Of a stretch of 61,044 bases of DNA, positions 29,395 to 35,588 are shown piece after piece. Each line of letters opens with the position of its first letter. The stretch's first letter is position 1. The notes beneath the pieces were generated by a model, which made no database searches, was not told the origin of the DNA, and saw nothing but the letters and a program-made list of their open reading frames with translations. The position numbers and the translations under genes were made by a program. The DNA is from Candidatus Zambryskibacteria bacterium RIFOXYD1_FULL_40_13 (GTDB taxonomy: Bacteria > Patescibacteriota > Minisyncoccia > Phycocordibacterales > DATDWN01): NCBI GenBank assembly GCA_001824295.1, contig MHWY01000005.1, positions 304 through 61,347 on the forward strand, written 5' to 3'.

Positions 29395-30555
29395 ATGAAT
29401 ATACTCTATAAAACACGAAATAGTATAATACACTTTTTTTATGTATGGGCGCTAAAACCAGTGCTTTTTCTCTTTGACCCAGAAGACATACACAATCTCT
29501 TTACAAAAACAGGCCATTTTCTTGGAAGATTCGGCATAACAAGGTGGAAGACAAGAATGCTTTTTGGGTACAAAAACTCGCGCCTGACGCAGGAAGTCTT
29601 GGGAATAAAGTTTGAAAACCCAATCGGTCTTTCTGCCGGCTTTGATAAGGATATAATGCTGACGGAAATTATTTCTGATGTTGGTTTTGGTTTTGAGGAA
29701 GTTGGTTCTGTCACTTCTCGTCCATACGCGGGTAATCCTAGACCAAGACTGTGGAGGTTAACAAAGTCTAGAAGTCTTGGTGTTTGGTTTGGGCTAAAGA
29801 ATCAAGGGGTAGAGGTATTGTCAAAGAAACTTGCGGGCAAGGTTCACAGGTTGCCTATTGGTGTTAATGTGGCTTTTACCAACTGCAAAGAAAATCTGGA
29901 GATTTCCTCTGCTATACCTGACTATGTTGCTGGGGCAAAAGTAATGGAGAAATATGCAGACTATCTGACAATAAACCTAAGTTGTCCAAACACATCTGGT
30001 GGCATGCCGTTCCTCCTCCCTGACAACTACGAGAAGCTCATGGTTGAGATAGATAAAATTTCTACGAGCAAACCTATTTTTGTAAAAATAAATCCAGATA
30101 TGACTCATGCTGAGATAGATAAATTCCTTGAGATAAGTTTGCGACACAGAGTGCGTGGAATCATTTGTTCAAATCTTACAAAGAACTACAGTGATGCAGA
30201 CAAGAGAGACGCCCTCCCACCACACGGGGGATTGTCTGGGAAACTGGTTTATCCAAAAGCTCTCGACCTGCTTTCCTATATGTATAAAAAAGCCCGCCTG
30301 CCATCGCCTGCAGGCTCAGCCAATGGCGGGCAGGTTGGAAACAAATTTGTCTTTGTCTTTGTTGGTGGGGTTTTCTCCGCGGATGATGCTTACAGGGCAA
30401 TTCGCCAAGGGGCGACTCTGATTCAGCTTATTACAGGGATGATTTTTGAAGGCCCACAGGTTATAAGTGAAATCAATCGTGGACTAGTGGAGAGAATGAA
30501 CCGCGATGGTTTCAAAAATATAAGTGATGTAGTGGGGTTCGACAATAAGAGATGA
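29395..30555 (+). CDS. pyrD: Dihydroorotate dehydrogenase (class 2-like)
   Basis: GLSAGFDKD, FEEVGSVT, INLSCPNT and GGLSG motifs. Start taken at MNILYK; the track ORF begins at an upstream TTG. Confidence 0.85.
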   Translation: MNILYKTRNSIIHFFYVWALKPVLFLFDPEDIHNLFTKTGHFLGRFGITRWKTRMLFGYKNSRLTQEVLGIKFENPIGLSAGFDKDIMLTEIISDVGFGFEEVGSVTSRPYAGNPRPRLWRLTKSRSLGVWFGLKNQGVEVLSKKLAGKVHRLPIGVNVAFTNCKENLEISSAIPDYVAGAKVMEKYADYLTINLSCPNTSGGMPFLLPDNYEKLMVEIDKISTSKPIFVKINPDMTHAEIDKFLEISLRHRVRGIICSNLTKNYSDADKRDALPPHGGLSGKLVYPKALDLLSYMYKKARLPSPAGSANGGQVGNKFVFVFVGGVFSADDAYRAIRQGATLIQLITGMIFEGPQVISEINRGLVERMNRDGFKNISDVVGFDNKR

Positions 30556-30577
30556 TAATGTAATATGTCAGGAAAAG

Positions 30578-30652
30578 GCCGGGATAATTCAGTGGTGGAA
30601 TGCCGTCTTGGTAAGACGGATGTCGAGAGTCCGATTCTCTCTCCCGGCTCCA
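30578..30652 (+). tRNA. tRNA-Thr(GGU), CCA encoded
   Basis: GCCGGGA TA ATTC AGTGGTG GAAT G CCGTC TTGGTAA GACGG ATGTC GAGAG TCCGATT CTCTC TCCCGGC T CCA. Confidence 0.85.
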
Positions 30653-30656
30653 AAAA

Positions 30657-30732
30657 GCCATCTTAGCTCAGTTGGTAGAGCAACATATTCGTAATATGTG
30701 GGTCCCCAGTTCGATTCTGGGAGATGGCTCCA
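30657..30732 (+). tRNA. tRNA-Thr(CGU), CCA encoded
   Basis: GCCATCT TA GCTC AGTTGGTA GAGC A ACATA TTCGTAA TATGT GGGTC CCCAG TTCGATT CTGGG AGATGGC T CCA. Confidence 0.9.
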
Positions 30733-30737
30733 AAAAT

Positions 30738-31622
30738 ATGGATAAGGAAGAATTAAAAAAGGAATTAGAAAAACTGGAGACTGAGATGGTATCGGCCGAT
30801 TTTTGGTCAAACAAGGACAAGGCGCAAACGACAATCAAACGAATTCAAGAGTTAAAAGCGGAGATAGAGGGGGTTGGTAAATATGATTCAGGGGATGCTG
30901 TCATGACCATCTTTTCTGGTGCTGGAGGAGATGATGCGGAGGATTTTTCTAGTATTCTCCTAAATATGTATCTTAAGTACTGTGATAAAAACAATTTTCA
31001 GGTTGCTGTTTTACACCAGAACGAAAACGACCACGGCGGGTATAGAAACATCACCATAGAAATATCTGGGAAAGGTGCGTATGGAATACTAAAGAACGAG
31101 TCTGGGGTGCATCGCCTAGTTCGAATCTCTCCATTTAACGCCAAGTCGCTTCGCCACACATCTTTTTCAATGGTGGAAGTTATTCCAAAATTTGAAAAGT
31201 CTACAAAACTCTCTGACCTAGATATTCCAGATACCGACATAAAGGTTGAGCTCTCGCGTTCTTCTGGTCCAGGGGGTCAAAATGTGAACAAAAGGGAAAC
31301 AGCAGTACGTGTGGTACATATTCCGACAAATCTCTCGGCTCAGAGTGACAACGAGCGCTCACAGGCCCAGAACAAGGAGAAAGCCATGCAGATTTTGTAT
31401 GGAAAGATATATAAAGCTCTGGAGGAAGAGAGAATCTCTAAAGAAAAAGGTATGTATATCTCAAAAACCACCCAAATAGAGTGGGGGAATCAGATTCGTT
31501 CGTATGTCATGCACCCATACAAGATGGTAAAAGACCACAGAACAGGAGTTGAAACTAGTAATATCGAGCGGGTATTAGATGGGGATATTGGAGAGTTTCT
31601 TGTTGCAGAAAAGGAGCTATAA
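30738..31622 (+). CDS. prfB: Peptide chain release factor 2 (short form, no frameshift site)
   Basis: SPF motif (RISPFNAK) and GGQ motif (SGPGGQNVNK). Start taken at MDKEEL, 6 nt after the tRNA-Thr CCA; the track ORF start overlaps the tRNA. Confidence 0.88.
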   Translation: MDKEELKKELEKLETEMVSADFWSNKDKAQTTIKRIQELKAEIEGVGKYDSGDAVMTIFSGAGGDDAEDFSSILLNMYLKYCDKNNFQVAVLHQNENDHGGYRNITIEISGKGAYGILKNESGVHRLVRISPFNAKSLRHTSFSMVEVIPKFEKSTKLSDLDIPDTDIKVELSRSSGPGGQNVNKRETAVRVVHIPTNLSAQSDNERSQAQNKEKAMQILYGKIYKALEEERISKEKGMYISKTTQIEWGNQIRSYVMHPYKMVKDHRTGVETSNIERVLDGDIGEFLVAEKEL

Positions 31623-31666
31623 ATATTTTGCCCTTGGGGGTCTAATGAGCTATAATGGAGGGATGA

Positions 31667-31983
31667 CCCGGTAGTGAAATTTTAGTTCGATTATGTTCTA
31701 TACATACGTATTAAAGAATAAAGATGATAAACTGTATATTGGATATACAAAAGATCTAAAACAAAGATTTGCAGAACATAATCAAGGGTTAAATCTTTCG
31801 ACTAAAGCCAGTCGCCCGTGGAAGATTATTTATTATGAGTGCTGTCTAGATATTAATGATGCAAAGCGAAGAGAGGGGTATTTTAAAACCAGTCAAGGCC
31901 GCAGGTTACTACGACGGAGACTGAAGGAGTATTTTTATAAAATAAGGTCGAAAGATTTAACAAACTAAAATTCTACTACCGGG
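31667..31983 (+). mobile_element. 317-bp element: GIY-YIG ORF between 19-bp terminal inverted repeats, flanked by an ATGA duplication
   Basis: Left TIR CCCGGTAGTGAAATTTTAG (31667-31685). Right TIR CTAAAATTCTACTACCGGG (31965-31983). ATGA at 31663-31666 and 31984-31987. The same terminus family recurs at 32.7, 45.4 and 54.2 kb. Confidence 0.6.
31693..31968 (+). CDS. GIY-YIG (URI-domain) nuclease family protein, 91 aa
   Basis: FYTYVL...LYIGYT...RFAEHN...REGYFK, the classic short GIY-YIG pattern. Confidence 0.85.
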   Translation: MFYTYVLKNKDDKLYIGYTKDLKQRFAEHNQGLNLSTKASRPWKIIYYECCLDINDAKRREGYFKTSQGRRLLRRRLKEYFYKIRSKDLTN

Positions 31984-32664
31984 ATGATTCATTTTGACAA
32001 AGTATCAAAGATATACCTCGATAATTCAATTGCTCTAGAGGATATCTCGTTCTCTATTGAACCAAAGGAGTTCGTCTCTATTGTGGGGCATTCTGGCGCG
32101 GGAAAGACGACACTACTAAAGATGTTTCTTGGAGAAGAGCTCCCTACAAAAGGCAAGATTTATTACGAGTCCATAGACATAAGCACACTGAAAAAAAGTC
32201 AAATCAACGACTTCCGTCGCAAAATTGGTGTAGTTTTCCAAGACTTTAGACTTATACCCGACAAAAACGTATACGAAAATATAGCCTTCGCCATGGAGGC
32301 TTCTGGCAGAACTGACGAGGAAATAGAGGCGGATGTACCGCACGTCTTGGGGCTGGTAGACCTTGAGAGGAAGATGTGGAATTTCCCACATGAACTTTCT
32401 GGTGGAGAGAAACAGAGAGTGTCTATCGCCAGAGCTATAGTCAACCAACCGGATGTGGTTATTGCCGATGAACCGACTGGAAACCTAGACCCCCTAAACA
32501 CCTACGACATTGTTCAGATTCTAAAGAAGATAAATGACCTTGGTACTACAGTTGTCTTAACCACTCACAACAAGGGCGTGATTGATTCCCTGAAAAAAAG
32601 AGTTTTGACTATGGAGAACGGAAAAATAATTCGCGATGATAAAGAGGGAAAATACGTCATTTAG
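31984..32664 (+). CDS. ftsE: Cell-division ABC ATPase FtsE
   Basis: MIHFDKVSKIY..., Walker A GHSGAGKTT, signature LSGGEKQR, Walker B VVIADEP. Confidence 0.9.
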   Translation: MIHFDKVSKIYLDNSIALEDISFSIEPKEFVSIVGHSGAGKTTLLKMFLGEELPTKGKIYYESIDISTLKKSQINDFRRKIGVVFQDFRLIPDKNVYENIAFAMEASGRTDEEIEADVPHVLGLVDLERKMWNFPHELSGGEKQRVSIARAIVNQPDVVIADEPTGNLDPLNTYDIVQILKKINDLGTTVVLTTHNKGVIDSLKKRVLTMENGKIIRDDKEGKYVI

Positions 32665-32699
32665 TAAATTAACGAGCAAAGCGACTATAATTTACTTAA

Positions 32700-32864
32700 C
32701 CCAGTGAAATGATTTTAAATTAAAGACATGAAAAGAAATACAAACAAACCGTTTGCAATAAACCAAAAAGTACATTACAGTGTTTATTATCAGAATTTAA
32801 AATCAAGATTTGAATTATCAAATCTTATTTCACAGGGTAGTGATTTTCAAAAACTCACTACCGC
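32700..32864. repeat. Degenerate palindromic elements of the GTAGTGAA family in the ftsE-ftsX spacer
   Basis: CCCAGTGAAATGATTTTAAATT (32700-32721) pairs with AATTTAAAATCA...ATTTCACAGGG (32794-32837). A mini hairpin GGGTAGTGA-N12-TCACTACCG lies at 32835-32864. Confidence 0.55.
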
Positions 32865-32882
32865 TCGTTAAGAAAATCAACT

Positions 32883-33821
32883 ATGCTCTGGATAAAAATA
32901 AAAAGAATAGTTCACGCGGGTTTCTATAGTTTCTGGCGAAACGGGTTTGTTTCGCTTTCTTCCATCCTAGTAATGGTTGTTACTCTTTTTGTCATTGGTT
33001 CTACGATTTTTTCTGGTGCAATACTTGGTTCAACCCTAAATCAAATCAAAGACAAGGTTGATATAAATGTTTATTTTGTAACTACTGCTCCAGAAGAAGA
33101 GATACTTTCAATAAAGACGAGTCTAGAACAGCTTCCAGAGATTGCTCCTCCTGTAGTGTATGTTACAAGGGAAGAGGTGTTGGCAGATTTTAAGAATAGA
33201 CACCAGAATGACGAGTTCACACTTCAGGCTCTAGACGAGCTCGGAGAGAACCCACTTGGGGCAACGCTTAACATAAAAGCCAAAGACCCTTCACAGTACG
33301 AAAGCATAGTCAGCTTCTTTGGCCTGAAGGGTTCAGAGTGTAGTTCCTTGGAGAGTAAGTTTTCTATTATAGATAAGGTTAACTATTGTCAGAACAAAGA
33401 TGCTATTGATCGCTTGACCAATATAATAAACTCAGCAAACAGACTTGGATTTATTCTTACAATCTTCCTTATCGTCATCTCTATACTGATTACATTCAAC
33501 ACACTTAGACTGGTTATATATATGTCTAGGGATGAAATATCTGTTATGAGACTTGTGGGAGCTTCTACAAACTATATCCGCGGTCCATTCTTTGTGGCTG
33601 GAGCAATATATGGCTTCATCTCGGCTATTATTACGCTTATACTCTTTTATCCTATTACTATCTGGCTTGGAAATACGACGGAGAACTTCTTTGTTGGTCT
33701 AAACATTTTCCACTACTACACATCGAACTTCGGTGAAATATTCCTTATTATTGTTTGTTCTGGAGTGGCCATTGGTTCGATTTCATCTTTTCTGGCAACT
33801 AGAAAATATCTGAAAGTTTAG
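32883..33821 (+). CDS. ftsX: Cell-division permease-like protein FtsX
   Basis: 312 aa with an N-terminal TM helix, a periplasmic domain and three C-terminal TM helices. It is adjacent to ftsE. Confidence 0.85.
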   Translation: MLWIKIKRIVHAGFYSFWRNGFVSLSSILVMVVTLFVIGSTIFSGAILGSTLNQIKDKVDINVYFVTTAPEEEILSIKTSLEQLPEIAPPVVYVTREEVLADFKNRHQNDEFTLQALDELGENPLGATLNIKAKDPSQYESIVSFFGLKGSECSSLESKFSIIDKVNYCQNKDAIDRLTNIINSANRLGFILTIFLIVISILITFNTLRLVIYMSRDEISVMRLVGASTNYIRGPFFVAGAIYGFISAIITLILFYPITIWLGNTTENFFVGLNIFHYYTSNFGEIFLIIVCSGVAIGSISSFLATRKYLKV

Positions 33822-33869
33822 TTTGACCACTTTCGTTTTTGGGTGTACAAATCTAAAGGGAGAGAAGAC

Positions 33870-34115
33870 ATGTACACCAAAAAAACCGTTGTCGTAATCG
33901 ACATCAAGGCCACCACCCCGGAAACACTCTACTGTTTCAGGGAATTTCTGAGGACTGAAATGATCGCCCCGATTCTTTCTAGTGATGGATTGGACGAAAA
34001 ACGTGTGGCTTACTTCGCCGGATGCTTCACACCAGAAGCGTCAAGGCGAGTTGAGACGTGGCTACACGAACACGGAATCGATTGTTGCGAGGTGGTGATC
34101 GAGACTACGGAGTGA
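33870..34115 (+). CDS. Small hypothetical protein in a GC-enriched islet
   Basis: 81 aa from ATG 33870, preceded by AAGGGAGAG (Shine-Dalgarno-like) and followed by a GC-rich terminator. Confidence 0.5.
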   Translation: MYTKKTVVVIDIKATTPETLYCFREFLRTEMIAPILSSDGLDEKRVAYFAGCFTPEASRRVETWLHEHGIDCCEVVIETTE

Positions 34116-34121
34116 CACCAG

Positions 34122-34150
34122 GAGCGGACGCGAGTCCGCTCTTCGCTTTC
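34122..34150 (+). terminator. Rho-independent terminator
   Basis: GAGCGGAC-gcga-GTCCGCTC followed by a T-rich tail. Confidence 0.65.
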
Positions 34151-34187
34151 TTGTAAAATCACTATTTTTCGGGTATTGTTTTAACAT

Positions 34188-34248
34188 TGCGAGATCACCC
34201 GTCTCGACTTGGCAAGCTCGCGAGCCGAGGTGGATCTAATGGTAGGAT
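34188..34248 (+). pseudogene. 5' portion (acceptor strand to D-arm) of a split tRNA-Gln-like gene, carrying a 37-nt insert
   Basis: TGCGAGA TC a[CCCGTCTCGACTTGGCAAGCTCGCGAGCCGAGGTGGA]TCTAATGGTAGGAT. TGCGAGA is the exact complement of TCTCGCA at 34703-34709. Confidence 0.5.
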
Positions 34249-34250
34249 AT

Positions 34251-34502
34251 ATGAGTTGTCACGTTTATGTATTAAAAAGCAATAGACATGATAAATCTTA
34301 TGTTGGGTCAACAAATGATCTTGAAAGAAGATTATCAGAACACAATAACGGCAAATCAGCTTATACTTCAAAATATAAACCATGGAGTATAATTTATACT
34401 GAAGAGTTTAGTGTACTAAAGGAAGCTCGGGAAAGAGAGAGGTATTTAAAGGGTCGTAGCGGGAGAAGGTTTTTGAAAAAGATTTTTGATAATAAAAAAT
34501 GA
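34251..34502 (+). CDS. GIY-YIG (URI-domain) nuclease family protein, 83 aa
   Basis: HVYVL...SYVGST...RLSEHN...RERYLK. It is a paralog of the ORF at 31693-31968. The start choice (34251) is uncertain. Confidence 0.8.
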   Translation: MSCHVYVLKSNRHDKSYVGSTNDLERRLSEHNNGKSAYTSKYKPWSIIYTEEFSVLKEARERERYLKGRSGRRFLKKIFDNKK

Positions 34503-34516
34503 CTTCTGCACAAAGC

Positions 34517-34587
34517 TGGGAGATCGTCTAATGGTAGGACGCATCCCTCTGAAGGATGCTATCTTGGTTCGAGTCCAAGTCTCCCAG
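34517..34587 (+). tRNA. tRNA-Gln(CUG)
   Basis: TGGGAGA TC GTCT AATGGTA GGAC G CATCC CTCTGAA GGATG CTAT CTTGG TTCGAGT CCAAG TCTCCCA G. U1-A72 is typical of tRNA-Gln. Confidence 0.85.
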
Positions 34588-34609
34588 CTTTGTGCAGAAG
34601 TCTGAATAA

Positions 34610-34710
34610 TCGTCTAATGGCCCGTCTCGACTTGGCAAGCTCGCGAGCCGAGGCGGATAGGACACATCCCTCTGGAGGATGTTATCTTGGTTCGAGTCCA
34701 AGTCTCGCAG
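34610..34710 (+). pseudogene. tRNA-Gln-like body (positions 8-73) lacking its 5' acceptor strand, with a 37-nt insert in the D-loop
   Basis: TC GTCT AATGG[CCCGTCTCGACTTGGCAAGCTCGCGAGCCGAGGCGGA]TA GGAC A CATCC CTCTGGA GGATG TTAT CTTGG TTCGAGT CCAAG TCTCGCA G. Confidence 0.5.
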
Positions 34711-34740
34711 CTAGGAGTTTTTTGTTAAAAAAACGACGCC

Positions 34741-34869
34741 GCAAGAGACTTGGACTCGAACCAGGGAAGGGGTCGGGAAACGGGAGTTTCCCGTGTAGGA
34801 AGGCAGTGAGCGAAGCGAACGTTGGAAAACCGTCGGTTTCCAAGGAGTGAGAGATCCAAGTCTCCCAGC
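34741..34869 (+). ncRNA. Conserved structured element, copy X2 (unknown class; paralog at 20849-21039)
   Basis: Core blocks at 34764-34783 and 34787-34846 match X1. Hairpins CGGGAAAC-GGGA-GTTTCCCG and TTGGAAAACC-GTC-GGTTTCCAA. Closing helix GAGACTTGGA/TCCAAGTCTC. Confidence 0.4.
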
Positions 34870-34926
34870 CCTGCTCAGAATTAACCTTCTAAACCCTCGT
34901 GAGCTGAAGTTTGGTATAATGTAAAC

Positions 34927-35229
34927 ATGTTTAAAAGATATATCTCATATTTAAGAAATAACCCAGAAAAGTATTGGTTTAGGGCCAAGTGGTACGGGTG
35001 GGGATGGACCCCAGCTAGGTGGCAGGGCTGGCTTGTGACTCTCATTTATATTATCGGGATACTTTCCTTTGCTTTGACGCTTGATGAAAATACGCAGGAC
35101 AAGGAGGCAGTCTTCCGCCTTATTTTGCCTGTCGTGTTACTCACTGGTATTTTTTTGTGGATTGCTTACAAGACGGGCGAGAAGCCACACTGGCATTGGG
35201 GCCCACCAGATGACAAGGATTTGATATAA
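34927..35229 (+). CDS. Small membrane protein (hypothetical)
   Basis: 100 aa with two TM helices. TATAAT (34915-34920) lies 6 nt upstream of the ATG. Confidence 0.5.
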   Translation: MFKRYISYLRNNPEKYWFRAKWYGWGWTPARWQGWLVTLIYIIGILSFALTLDENTQDKEAVFRLILPVVLLTGIFLWIAYKTGEKPHWHWGPPDDKDLI

Positions 35230-35236
35230 TAGAAGT

Positions 35237-35536
35237 ATGACTAAAAACCCATATATTAATGCTCTCGTCGCAGGTGCTTATATCGTTTTCGTCGTATTGC
35301 TTGTTACTTATGGCCCAACATTCGTTAGAGATGAGCCAGATACCATCTTCGCTCCAATGGCCATGCTTAGCTTGCTTGTTCTCTCGGTTGCTTTCATGGG
35401 CTACACCTTTATCTTCCAGCCAACACTTATGTACATAGATGGACAGAAACGCGAGGCCATAACACTTTTCACCAAAACACTCCTTGTATTCGCTGTTATA
35501 ACTGCTGTTATTGTCCTTGTTGCCTTTTCAGTTTAA
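35237..35536 (+). CDS. Small membrane protein (hypothetical)
   Basis: 99 aa with three hydrophobic helices. Confidence 0.5.
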   Translation: MTKNPYINALVAGAYIVFVVLLVTYGPTFVRDEPDTIFAPMAMLSLLVLSVAFMGYTFIFQPTLMYIDGQKREAITLFTKTLLVFAVITAVIVLVAFSV

Positions 35537-35588
35537 ATAGAGAATCTTTTTCAAACCCAGTAACTTGTAGATTTGATATAATTGATAC

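Noticed and set aside
34197-34657. Considered an archaeal-type bulge-helix-bulge intron to explain the D-arm inserts in the split tRNA.
   Set aside because: I could not draw a 3-4-3 BHB motif at either junction, and bacteria are not known to encode the splicing endonuclease. The mechanism stays open in the finding instead.
34590-34850. Track ORF 34590-34850(+), 86 aa, and the N-terminal extension of ORF 34209-34502.
   Set aside because: They run through the tRNA-like body, the 37-nt insert and element X2 (or, for the extension, the first 37-nt insert). They are Arg/Ser/Gly-rich read-through of structured GC-rich RNA sequence.
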